Assembly (NCBI GenBank): GCA_020439065.1
Contig: JAGQTK010000001.1
Coordinates: forward strand, 1 to 55,351
Direction: 5' to 3'
DNA from: Microthrixaceae bacterium
Lineage (GTDB): Bacteria; Actinomycetota; Actinomycetes; Actinomycetales; Microbacteriaceae
DNA: 55,351 nt
In this document: in pieces, positions 27,664 to 37,234 of the stretch
Layout of the letters: each line of letters starts with the position of its first letter
Numbering within the stretch: position 1 is the stretch's first letter
Translations under genes and position numbers: made by a program
Notes under the pieces: generated by a model
The model's input: only the letters and a program-made list of their open reading frames with translations
Databases searched by the model: none
What the model was told of the DNA's origin: nothing

Positions 27664-28755
27664 TCAACATTTCCCGGTGTCCCGGTCGGTCGACATCTTG
27701 CCGCAGACGGTGCCGCCGACGGGTGCGTGGTCGACGATGTTGGTGGTCACGGTGCTCCACGCGAACGCTGTCCCAGCAGGGACGCCGGCGGCGTCGCTGA
27801 GGAGGACTTCGCGGTTGCCGATGAATGCCCCGGTGTCGGGATCGATGATGATCTCGAATCGGGTGCCCCACGCGTTCTCGACGCGACCGATGGCGACCCC
27901 TGTCGTTCCGTCCAAGGTTGCTTGGTCGTCGACGAACGTCACGCCGGGGATCATGGCTGCGGCCTGGTACATGGCAGCGCGCAGGTTCGCCGGGACTGCG
28001 CCGATGCGCAAATGGTCGGCGATGTAGACCAGCGCTTGCGTGTCGGGGGAGGGCCCCGTTCCCAGTGTGACGCGGTAGATGTAGTTCAGGAGCCGGTAAG
28101 GATCGCGCGGGAGCGCATCGAGGTCGCCGAGGCCGGCAGCGGGGTTACCGCCATAGAACGCGCCACCCGGCGCTCGCAGAATGTCCCCGGTCTCGAAGGA
28201 GCCGGACGAGGAAACATCTCGCCACCACTCTTCAGCGACGGTCTCAGAGTCCTTCCCGAATGTGTTCACGACTTTCTGCGGGCCGCGTACCCACACCCAG
28301 TCCTCTTCGGTGTCCGCCGGGAGGTACAGCGTGTCCTCCGATCCGTACTGGAACGAGGCGGTGATGTCTCCGCTCTGACTGTTCGTCAGACGCACACTGC
28401 GGGTGCGCATCTCCAAGTACTGCCCAGGGTTCAAGACAGGGTCCACCGTCACGATCGCGGACGCCGCAGCGTCATCCAGAACAGCGGCCGCGGCAGGATC
28501 GGCGCCCCCGCGCCACCCGGCCAGTCCGACCACGTTCGTCAGAACAAGTCCGGTCGCCAGCGCAGCTGCACCCAAGGTGCTCAGCCCGCCGATCGCGAAC
28601 TTTCTCCCGCGTCGTGGCGAGGCATTCGTGCGTACCGGCGGTCGAGTGCTCTCGCCGGTGCGCTCGAGGAGCGCTGCTCGCCCTCGGTTCAGCGCGTCCT
28701 GCGGAGGTTCGATGTTGTCGTCACGCGTGTGGCGCAACAGCGTCAGCTCGTCCAT
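27664..28755 (-). CDS. CU044_5270-family protein (putative anti-sigma factor)
   Basis: MDELTLL start, single TM, PGQYL, LRAAMYQAAAMIPGV, IIDPDTG; overlaps the ECF sigma gene. Confidence 0.8.
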   Translation of the reverse strand: MDELTLLRHTRDDNIEPPQDALNRGRAALLERTGESTRPPVRTNASPRRGRKFAIGGLSTLGAAALATGLVLTNVVGLAGWRGGADPAAAAVLDDAAASAIVTVDPVLNPGQYLEMRTRSVRLTNSQSGDITASFQYGSEDTLYLPADTEEDWVWVRGPQKVVNTFGKDSETVAEEWWRDVSSSGSFETGDILRAPGGAFYGGNPAAGLGDLDALPRDPYRLLNYIYRVTLGTGPSPDTQALVYIADHLRIGAVPANLRAAMYQAAAMIPGVTFVDDQATLDGTTGVAIGRVENAWGTRFEIIIDPDTGAFIGNREVLLSDAAGVPAGTAFAWSTVTTNIVDHAPVGGTVCGKMSTDRDTGKC

Positions 28756-29329
28756 GTGCTCTCTCCTGTTCACCGTCCGGGGTGCCGGCCGCGGTGCGCA
28801 GCAAGCGTCGTGCCCGGTTCAAACGTGAGCGGACCGTGCCGATCGGCACGTCCAGGGCTGCAGCGATTCCCGCGTAGTCGAGGTCGCCCCACGCGTACAG
28901 CAGCAGAGTGTCGCGATCCGCTACCGATAACCCGCGCAACGCCGACGCCAGGCGTCGCGTCATCCGGGCCGCGTCCAACCGGGCGCCTGCCTGCTCAATC
29001 ATGTCGGGCGAGAGCTGCGCCGCGAGGTCCGCGGCCATGCCCTTCCAAGCCCGCGCTTCCAACCGCACATGCTTCTGCAATAGCCGGGTCGCGATACCTA
29101 GCAGCCAGGGGCGAGCGTTCGCCACCGCAAGGTCGTACGTTGCTCGCTTCTCGAAGGCGATGAGGAACGTCTCGGACATCACGTCCTCAGCGTTGCTCTG
29201 CCCGATCCGTTGCGCCGCGTAGCGAAAGATTGCTGGCGCGTGCCGATCGAACAGCAGCGCGAATGCGCCGGGCTCGTTGCCCGACCGTTCGATCACCTCG
29301 TTGTCCATGCTCACATCTGTATTGCTCAT
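28721..29329 (-). CDS. ECF RNA polymerase sigma factor
   Basis: FDRHA, AEDVMSETF, RPWLLGIA, PIGTVRSRLNRAR. Confidence 0.92.
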   Translation of the reverse strand: MSNTDVSMDNEVIERSGNEPGAFALLFDRHAPAIFRYAAQRIGQSNAEDVMSETFLIAFEKRATYDLAVANARPWLLGIATRLLQKHVRLEARAWKGMAADLAAQLSPDMIEQAGARLDAARMTRRLASALRGLSVADRDTLLLYAWGDLDYAGIAAALDVPIGTVRSRLNRARRLLRTAAGTPDGEQERAHGRADAVAPHA

Positions 29330-29589
29330 CTATCCGAATCGAGTTCACGCTAGCCTCGCCAGCCCAAGAATCGAGGCCGATGCACGGCCCCTCATCCGGT
29401 ATGAACCCGACGACCGCCGAAAGCGATCGTGATCGGCGGTGCCTGACTTGCTATGTCGGCGATCCGATCTTTCCCCACTCGTTCGGTACTCGTTCGATCG
29501 AGGAAATGTTGCGGATGCTCGCTCGTCGGCTTCGCAGCTCGCTGAGCTTGGTTGTCTGGTCGCTTGCGGGGCCCTGTGGTCGCGAGGTG

Positions 29590-29955
29590 CTATGAGAGCG
29601 GGAAACCTGGGATCCAGGCGACCGACAGATACGAGATCACTGGAGCGACGGCGAGCAGCGTGACGCCCGCGATCGCCAGTCGCCGGCCGCGACGGTTGAT
29701 CAGTGCCGCCACCATCGTCGCGAGGGAGACCGCGAGCAACACAATCGTCACCACCAGTGCGGTGCTGGCGCGATCGGACGCGAAGCAGTTTCTCGGCGCG
29801 GGGTAGATCGCGGGGCACACGATCGGCCCCCAGGGGACCGCAGCGAACCAGACGAGTGCGATCGTGGCGCCCGTGAGCAGCGTCGCCGCGAGCATCAGCC
29901 CCCAGGAAAGCGGTGTGCGTTCCAGTCGAAGTGGGTCGGACCTCGTGGTGGTCAT
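29590..29955 (-). CDS. small membrane protein
   Basis: Three hydrophobic segments with a CPAIYPAPRNC loop. Confidence 0.65.
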   Translation of the reverse strand: MTTTRSDPLRLERTPLSWGLMLAATLLTGATIALVWFAAVPWGPIVCPAIYPAPRNCFASDRASTALVVTIVLLAVSLATMVAALINRRGRRLAIAGVTLLAVAPVISYLSVAWIPGFPLS

Positions 29956-30121
29956 AGCCCGAGCGTAGAGGAGAGCCTTGCCGTGATCAGTGTTCGGGGT
30001 GCATAGGTGGGCTGCAACACGCGCTCTTGCGCTACGGCACACCTCGCTCCGTGAAGGTCAGCCGCGGAATGTAGCCTCAGCCGCCACACGCTTGCGGCCG
30101 TCCGTGCGCGCGCTCCCGCAC

Positions 30122-31299
30122 TCACGAGAATCGGGCGAAGGCGAGCGAGAGCGCGGCGAGGCCGACGGCGATGAGGGCCATCGCAGAGTAGGAGCCGGCG
30201 GCGACTGCGAGCAGCGGCCCCAAGGCCGGGCCGAATGCGCCGATGAATGTGATCGGGGCGGCGAAGAATCCGTTGATGGCGCCGTACGAGCGGGTGCCCC
30301 AGCGGTCGGCGACGGCAGAACCCTGGACGAGCGTCTGCGCCCCGCGCACGGCGCCGGTGATGATGCCGATGACGATCAGCAGCCACGGCGGCCCTGGGAC
30401 GAGCGCCAGGAGCGCGAGCGACGCCGCGCTGAGGCCGGCAGTCACAGCCAACGGCACCCACGGCGCCACGGTGTGCGGCATGGCCACATAGAGCAGCCGG
30501 CCGATCACTTGCCCGGCGCCGAGCAACCCGAGGGCCCACGCGGCGAGCTCGGAGCTCATCCCCTTCTCGGTGAACAGCGGAATGAGGGCGAGGGTCACGC
30601 TGAACAGGGCCGTCGCGAGCGTGAGCATCGACAGCTCGAGCATCCAGAAGCGACGCGTGCGCACGACCGCGCTCACCGTGTGCACCTCCTTGGGCCCGTC
30701 GTGGCGAACGGGCGCCCAGGTGCGCTCGAGGCTGAACCAGTGCAGTGGGGCGCCGTGGTGGCAAGCAGCACGCCCGCGAGGAGCAGGAACACGGCGCGCC
30801 AGTCTATGACGGTCAAGAGGCCGGCAACGGTCGGGGCGAAGATGGTGGACGCGAGCCCGCCGGCGAGCGTCAGGATCGTCATCGCGCCACGGCGTCGCGC
30901 GCCGTAGCGATGGGCGATGACCGTGAACGCGGCCTGGTACAGCACCGCAGATTGGGCGAAGCCCGTGATCACCCATCCGGCCGTGAACACCAGAAGATTC
31001 GGTGCGAGGGCGACGACGACAAGTCCGGCGGGGCCGATGACGCTGCCGACGGTCATGATCAGGCGCGGCCCCCGCGCATCGAGCAGCCTGCCGACGAACA
31101 CCCCCGCGATCGCAGATATGACCATCGCCGACGAGAACGTGAGCGTTACCAGCGCCACGGGCCACCCCGTGTCATCGGCGATCGCCGGCGAGGCGACGAT
31201 CAACGCATAGAACAGGATGCCCCAGCTGATGACCTGCCCCACCGAGAGCGCGGCCAGCCGCCCGCCCAGGCGGGGCGGGGCGCCCGGCGAAGGCGCCAC
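30122..31299 (-). pseudogene. MFS transporter, frameshifted
   Basis: N-half (QVISWGILFYA, GRLLDARGPR) and C-half (PLHWFSL, GQVIGRL, DRWG) are in different frames; shift near the G4 tract at 30747-30750. Confidence 0.8.
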
Positions 31300-31358
31300 G
31301 AGCGGGGTTCGTTCGCTCTCAGGCCGACTGTTGGGTCTCACGCGCAGGCGATCGGGGC

Positions 31359-31973
31359 TCAGTCGAGGGCTGCCCGGCCCGGCGCATCGCGGGCCGCGGC
31401 GACGAGCGCGACGACACCGAGAACGATGGTGCCGAACACGAAGGCGAGCAGCGCGAGCCCGCCGAACACCGGGCTCGCGCCCAGCACGCCGGCCGGCCCC
31501 AGCGTCAGCGAGGTGAGCTGCGGGGCGGCCCAGGCCAGCGCATACAGTCCGAAGGCGCACAGCGGCAGCCAGCGCAATCCTCCCGGCGCGACGCCGGAGC
31601 GCACGATCTGCATCGTGCCGATCACCGCGGCCGCGGTGGGCACGACGATCGCGACGTAACTCAGCAGCGTCCAGCCGTTCTGCGCGACCGGGATCACGTA
31701 CGTGAACAGCAGCACGAGCCCGGTGAGGGTCAGCGGCCACGCGCCGAGCACGATCAGGGCGGTCATGCCGAGCGGCCTCCGCTCGACAAGGCTCGCCCCG
31801 TGGGCGAACCCGACCGCGAACAGCACGAGCGCCACCGCGTACAGCGCGTCGTTCGTGATCGCCAGCCACCCCGTCGCCGGGCCGAGATCGCTGACGCTCT
31901 GCAGGATCCCGATCACACCGCACGCGATCAGCGCGAGGCCTCCAACGGTCCACGTTGCCTGTCGAGGGGTCAT
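31359..31973 (-). CDS. hypothetical membrane protein
   Basis: About 6 TM segments. Confidence 0.7.
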   Translation of the reverse strand: MTPRQATWTVGGLALIACGVIGILQSVSDLGPATGWLAITNDALYAVALVLFAVGFAHGASLVERRPLGMTALIVLGAWPLTLTGLVLLFTYVIPVAQNGWTLLSYVAIVVPTAAAVIGTMQIVRSGVAPGGLRWLPLCAFGLYALAWAAPQLTSLTLGPAGVLGASPVFGGLALLAFVFGTIVLGVVALVAAARDAPGRAALD

Positions 31974-32084
31974 GCCGACACGCTATCGTGCCCGCAGGAT
32001 CGCCGCCCGGCTGCGTCGACGCGGGGCGTTGCTATCGTGAGAGCCAGCGCCCCGGGAAGGCGCATCGTCACGGGGAGGGCAAGC

Positions 32085-32744
32085 ATGCGCTGGTTCGTGG
32101 TGGGGCAGCGGGCCGCACTGGTGCTCGGGATCATCGCGGTGATCGGGATCCTCTGGATCGACATCGCGACGGGGCTTTGGCAGGACTACGTGATCCTCGC
32201 CGGTCTCGCGGCCGGTCTGGTGACCTTCGTGCTCACCGCACTCGTCGTCGACCGTGCGGTCGCGCGCTCGCAGCACCGTCGTTGGGCCCCGCTCTCGCGA
32301 CTCGCCTTCACCGACATGCTCCACGCGCTCGCCGACGAGCGCGCTAGCGAGGTGGCGCTCGGCAAGATCGTGCCAAGAACGCTCGCGCCGGTGGCGATGG
32401 ATGCCGCAGCCGCGGAAACCCGCGACGCCACCGCCCGGCTCCGCCACGCCGTGGTGGGGGAGCGCCGGCAGCTGACGGCGGTGCTGTCGTCGTGGGCGAG
32501 CTTTCTCGCTGCGAGCGCGGATGCGGGGCAGGTGCTCGAGCACGCAGCGAACATCGCCGAGCGGCTCGACCTCATGCGTGATGTGACGCTCGAGGTCGAC
32601 GCATCCACCACCCACCCGGCGGGGGCGCGGGCACAGCTCGAGCGGTTGAATCTGGCGATTGAGGCGTACAATTCCGGTGTCGGCGCGCTGATCGACGAAC
32701 TCGATCGGGTGATCGCCGAGACGAACCGGCTGGAGTCGATGTGA
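32085..32744 (+). CDS. hypothetical membrane-anchored protein
   Basis: Two N-terminal TMs then a helical domain; GGAGG-like RBS. Confidence 0.7.
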   Translation: MRWFVVGQRAALVLGIIAVIGILWIDIATGLWQDYVILAGLAAGLVTFVLTALVVDRAVARSQHRRWAPLSRLAFTDMLHALADERASEVALGKIVPRTLAPVAMDAAAAETRDATARLRHAVVGERRQLTAVLSSWASFLAASADAGQVLEHAANIAERLDLMRDVTLEVDASTTHPAGARAQLERLNLAIEAYNSGVGALIDELDRVIAETNRLESM

Positions 32745-32962
32745 CCGAGCAGATCAGCGTGACCCGAACCTTCGATGCACCGCGAGCGCTGGTGTGGGAG
32801 GTGGTGACCGGCCGCGAGCACTTCGCCGAATGGTTCGGCACCGACGCCGTAAGAGTGCCGCTCGACACCCCGGGCTGGTCGCCAGACGCGCGCGCCGCGC
32901 TGGTGGGCGGCTACCACAGCTTCTTCGACACGATGGCGCGCATCATCGAGCGAGTGCGCTGA
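32741..32962 (+). pseudogene. internally deleted SRPBCC/AHSA1-domain protein
   Basis: TRTFDAPRALVW...WFG N-terminus joined directly to the C-terminal helix GYHSFFDTM; only 73 aa. Confidence 0.65.
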
Positions 32963-33058
32963 AGGCGTGCGCCGCGACGACACCGCTTCCACGCCGTGCA
33001 TGTCACGTTCCGCGTCGCGGGCGCGGGCGCGCCGGCGAACGGGAATACGCTGGCGGGT

Positions 33059-33358
33059 ATGACTGATCTGATCTTCACGCACGAGCGCGAGCGCTCCCGC
33101 TACGCGCTGCGCCGCGGGGATGACCTGCTGGGCGTGCTCGACTACGTGGACGACGGCGGGACCGTGGCGATGACCCGAGCCTTCACGACGCCGACGTTCC
33201 GCGGGAACGGCTACGCCGCGGTGCTCGTCGAGCGCGCCGTCGCCGAGCTCGAGGCTGCGGGCGATCGGCGCATCAGTCCGGTCTGCTGGTACGTCGCCGA
33301 GTGGTTCGACGCGCACCCGGAGCGAGCGGGCATCCTGCAGGAGCGTCCGGCTTCCTGA
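33059..33358 (+). CDS. GNAT-family acetyltransferase (YjdJ-like)
   Basis: FRGNGYA acetyl-CoA motif; PVCWYV. Confidence 0.85.
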   Translation: MTDLIFTHERERSRYALRRGDDLLGVLDYVDDGGTVAMTRAFTTPTFRGNGYAAVLVERAVAELEAAGDRRISPVCWYVAEWFDAHPERAGILQERPAS

Positions 33359-33398
33359 GCGCAGCACGCGGAGTCGCCCCGCAGGAAATGGAGGATCC

Positions 33399-35132
33399 AT
33401 GCTCTGGACGCTGATCTTGCGGTACGTGAAGCCGGCCTGGCCCCTGATCGTGGGCGTCATCGTCTTTCAGGCCGCGCAGTCGATCGCCTCGCTGCTGCTG
33501 CCGACGCTGAACGCCGACATCATCGACAAGGGGGTCGTCACCGGCGACATCGGCTACATCTGGTCGACCGGCGCGCTGATGCTGGCCATCTCGGCCGTGC
33601 AGGTGGTGTGCTCGATCGTCGCCGTCTACTTCGGCTCGAAGCTGGCCATGGGCATGGGCCGCGATCTGCGCGCCGCGCTGTTCAAGCGGGTGGTCGCGTT
33701 CTCCCAGAAGGAGGTCGGCGAGTTCGGTGCGCCGTCGCTGATCACCCGCAACACCAACGACGTGCAGCAGGTGCAGATGCTCGTGCAGGTCACGGGCACG
33801 CTGATGGTCTCGGCGCCGATGCTCGCCATCGGCGGGGTGATCATGGCGATTCGGCAGGATGTCGGACTCTCGTGGCTGATGGCCGTGAGCGTACCGATCC
33901 TGCTGGTGATCGTCGTGCTCGTGATCGTGCGCATGGTGCCGGCGTTCCAGCAGATGCAGGAGCGCATCGACCGGATCAACCAGATCATGCGCGAGCAGCT
34001 CACCGGCATTCGCGTGATCCGCGCCTTCGTGCGCGAGCGCGAGGAGCGCGCCCGCTTCGACGCCGCCAGCATGGGCGTCGCCGAGACCGGCATCCGGACG
34101 GGCAATCTGATGGCGCTCATGTTCCCGGCGATCATGCTCGTGATGAACGTCTCCAGCATCGCGGTGATCTGGTTCGGCGGCATCCAGGTGCAAGACGGTC
34201 AGACCGAGATCGGCACCCTGTTCGCGTTCCTGCAATACATCATGCAGGTGCTGATGGGCGTCATGATGGCGGCCTTCATGTTCATCATGATTCCGCGCGC
34301 CTCGGTCTGTGCCGACCGCATCGGCGCGGTGCTCGACACCGAGGTCTCGGTCTTGGCCCCCGCCGAGCCCGTCCATGCCGGGATCCGGGGTGGCGAGATC
34401 GTGTTCGACGACGTCACCTTCAGCTACCCGGGCGCCGAGCAGCCCGTGCTGCGCAGCATCTCGTTGCGTGTCGCCCCCGGCACGACCACCGCGATCATCG
34501 GCTCGACCGGATCGGGCAAGTCGACCCTCATCGGGCTCGTTCCGCGCCTGTTCGACGTGACCGAGGGCGCGGTGCGCGTCGACGGCGCCGACGTGCGCGC
34601 GCTCGACCCCGACGAGCTCTGGGCGCGCATCGGGCTGGTGCCCCAGCGCGCATTCCTCTTCTCGGGAACCATCGCATCGAACCTGCGATACGGCAAAGAC
34701 GGTGCCACCGAAGAAGAGATGTGGCGCGCGCTCGAGATCGCGCAGGCGCGCGAGTTTGTCGAGCGGATGCCCGGTGGGCTCCAGGCATCCATCGCCCAGG
34801 GCGGGACGAACGTCTCGGGCGGCCAGCGGCAGCGGCTCGCGATCGCGCGGGCGCTGATGAAGCGCCCCGAGATCTATATCTTCGACGACTCGTTCTCGGC
34901 ACTCGATGTGGCCACGGATGCCGCGCTCCGCCGCGCGCTCTCGCACCACGTGCCGCACTCGACCCGCCTGATCGTCGCGCAGCGCGTCAGCACGATTCGC
35001 GAGGCCGACCAGATCGTGGTCCTCGATCACGGCGACGTCGTCGGGCTCGGCACGCACGGCGAGCTGCTGGGCACGTGCGAGACCTACCGTGAGATCGTCG
35101 AGTCGCAGGAAAGCGTGGAGGCCTCGGCATGA
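33399..35132 (+). CDS. heterodimeric ABC exporter subunit (TMD+NBD)
   Basis: GSTGSGKS, VSGGQ, degenerate Walker B IFDDS. Confidence 0.93.
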   Translation: MLWTLILRYVKPAWPLIVGVIVFQAAQSIASLLLPTLNADIIDKGVVTGDIGYIWSTGALMLAISAVQVVCSIVAVYFGSKLAMGMGRDLRAALFKRVVAFSQKEVGEFGAPSLITRNTNDVQQVQMLVQVTGTLMVSAPMLAIGGVIMAIRQDVGLSWLMAVSVPILLVIVVLVIVRMVPAFQQMQERIDRINQIMREQLTGIRVIRAFVREREERARFDAASMGVAETGIRTGNLMALMFPAIMLVMNVSSIAVIWFGGIQVQDGQTEIGTLFAFLQYIMQVLMGVMMAAFMFIMIPRASVCADRIGAVLDTEVSVLAPAEPVHAGIRGGEIVFDDVTFSYPGAEQPVLRSISLRVAPGTTTAIIGSTGSGKSTLIGLVPRLFDVTEGAVRVDGADVRALDPDELWARIGLVPQRAFLFSGTIASNLRYGKDGATEEEMWRALEIAQAREFVERMPGGLQASIAQGGTNVSGGQRQRLAIARALMKRPEIYIFDDSFSALDVATDAALRRALSHHVPHSTRLIVAQRVSTIREADQIVVLDHGDVVGLGTHGELLGTCETYREIVESQESVEASA

Positions 35133-37153
35133 GCGAGCAGGAACAGGCCGGCGCCGAGACCGAGCCCGAGATCCCCCGCCCCCAGCCCACCCGCGGCCCG
35201 GGCGGCCACGGCATGGCCCGCGGGCCGGTCGAGAAGGCGAAGAACTTCGGGCCCTCGGCCAAGCGGCTGCTGGGCACCCTGCGTCAGGATGCCTCGCGCC
35301 TGGTGGTTGTCATCGTCTTCGGCGTGCTCAGCGTCGGGCTCACGGTGCTCGGGCCGAAGCTGCTGGGCGAGGGGACGAACATCGTGTTCGCCGGCTTCAT
35401 CTCGCTCCAGTTTCCGGCCGGTGCTTCCAAGCAGGCGGTGATCGATCAGCTCGTCGCCGCCGGTGAGACGACCCAGGCCGACATGCTCCGCGCCATGGAT
35501 TTCGTGCCCGGCGCGGGCATCGACTTCACCCAGCTCACCTGGATCCTGCTGGCGGTGCTCGCCGTGTACTCGATCGGCAGCGTGTTCTCGTACTTCCAAT
35601 CCCGGATCCTGAACTTCGTGGTGCAGGGCGCCATGCACCGCCTTCGGGTGCAGGTCGAGACGAAGCTGCACACCCTGCCGCTGAGTTACTTCGACCGCGT
35701 CCAGCGCGGCGAGCTGCTCAGCCGCGTCACGAACGACGTCGACAACATCGGCCAATCGCTGCAGCAATCCCTCTCGCAGGTGATCTCTTCGCTGCTCACG
35801 GTGATCGGCGTGCTGCTCATGATGTTCCTGATCTCGCCGCTGCTGGCCGGGATCGCCCTGGTCACGATCCCACTCACCCTCGCGATCACGGTGGTGGTGG
35901 CGAAGCGCTCGCAACGCCTGTTCATCGCGCAGTGGAAGCAGACCGGCATCCTGAACGCCCGCGTGGAGGAGACCTTCTCGGGGCACGCCGTCGTCAAGGT
36001 GTTCGGGCACCAGCGTCGCGTTGAGGCCGCGTTCGACGCAGAGAACGAGCGGGTCTACAAGGCGAGCTTCGGGGCGCAGTTCGTCTCGGGCATCATCATG
36101 CCGTCGATGACGTTCGTCGGAAACCTGGTCTACGTCGCCATCGCGGTGGTCGGTGGGATCCAGGTCGCCTCCGGGCAGATGTCGATCGGCAACGTGCAGG
36201 CGTTCATCCAGTACTCGCGCCAGTTCACCCAACCGCTCAGCCAGCTCGGCTCCATGGCGAATCTGCTGCAATCGGGGGTGGCCAGCGCCGAGCGCGTGTT
36301 CGAACTGCTCGACCAGCCCGAGCAGACACCGGATGCCTCGCCCGCCGAGACCGTCTCGCAGCACGCGAGCCACCTCGCATTCCACGACGTGTCGTTCGCC
36401 TACTCGCCCGAGAAGCCGCTCATCCAGGGGCTCAGCCTCGAGGCGCGACCGGGCAGCACGGTGGCGATCGTGGGCCCGACCGGCGCCGGCAAGACGACGC
36501 TTGTCAACCTCATCATGCGCTTCTACGAGATCGACGCGGGCTCGATCACGCTCGGCCGCAGCGAGGACGCCGAGACGGCGATCGACACGCGCCGCATGAC
36601 GCGCGACGATCTGCGCTCTCGCACCGGGATGGTGCTGCAAGACACGTGGCTGTTCTCGGGCACCATCCGCGAGAACATCATGTACGGGCGGCCCGACGCC
36701 ACGGAGGAGGAGATGGTGGCTGCGGCATCCGCCGCCTACGTCGATCGCTTCGTGCACGCGCTGCCCGATGGGTACGAGACGATGCTTGACGATGAAGCCA
36801 CGAACCTCAGCGTCGGTGAGCGGCAGCTCGTGACCATCGCCCGCGCGTTCCTCGCCGACCCGCGCCTGCTGATCCTCGACGAGGCGACCTCCTCGGTCGA
36901 CACGCGCACCGAGCTGCTGATCCAGCGCGCGATGTCGCAGCTGCGGCGCAATCGCACCGCGTTCGTGATCGCGCACCGGCTCTCGACGATCCGCGACGCC
37001 GAGCTGATCCTCGTGATGGAGGACGGCGCGATCGTGGAGCAGGGCAATCACGACGAACTGATCGCCGCGCAGGGTGCGTATTGGCGCCTGTACAACGCGC
37101 AATTCGCGGCACCGATGGACAGCGATGAGGAGCCGGAGGCGGTGCAGGCGTAG
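35129..37153 (+). CDS. heterodimeric ABC exporter subunit (TMD+NBD)
   Basis: GPTGAGKT, LSVGE, ILDEAT, AHRLST. Confidence 0.93.
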   Translation: MSEQEQAGAETEPEIPRPQPTRGPGGHGMARGPVEKAKNFGPSAKRLLGTLRQDASRLVVVIVFGVLSVGLTVLGPKLLGEGTNIVFAGFISLQFPAGASKQAVIDQLVAAGETTQADMLRAMDFVPGAGIDFTQLTWILLAVLAVYSIGSVFSYFQSRILNFVVQGAMHRLRVQVETKLHTLPLSYFDRVQRGELLSRVTNDVDNIGQSLQQSLSQVISSLLTVIGVLLMMFLISPLLAGIALVTIPLTLAITVVVAKRSQRLFIAQWKQTGILNARVEETFSGHAVVKVFGHQRRVEAAFDAENERVYKASFGAQFVSGIIMPSMTFVGNLVYVAIAVVGGIQVASGQMSIGNVQAFIQYSRQFTQPLSQLGSMANLLQSGVASAERVFELLDQPEQTPDASPAETVSQHASHLAFHDVSFAYSPEKPLIQGLSLEARPGSTVAIVGPTGAGKTTLVNLIMRFYEIDAGSITLGRSEDAETAIDTRRMTRDDLRSRTGMVLQDTWLFSGTIRENIMYGRPDATEEEMVAAASAAYVDRFVHALPDGYETMLDDEATNLSVGERQLVTIARAFLADPRLLILDEATSSVDTRTELLIQRAMSQLRRNRTAFVIAHRLSTIRDAELILVMEDGAIVEQGNHDELIAAQGAYWRLYNAQFAAPMDSDEEPEAVQA

Positions 37154-37234
37154 CCGTGCATCATCCAAACGGTTGAAGCGGGGCTCGTCCGCCCGCGTGA
37201 TCCGCGCAGCCGCCGCGCACGGTGGACTCGAGGT

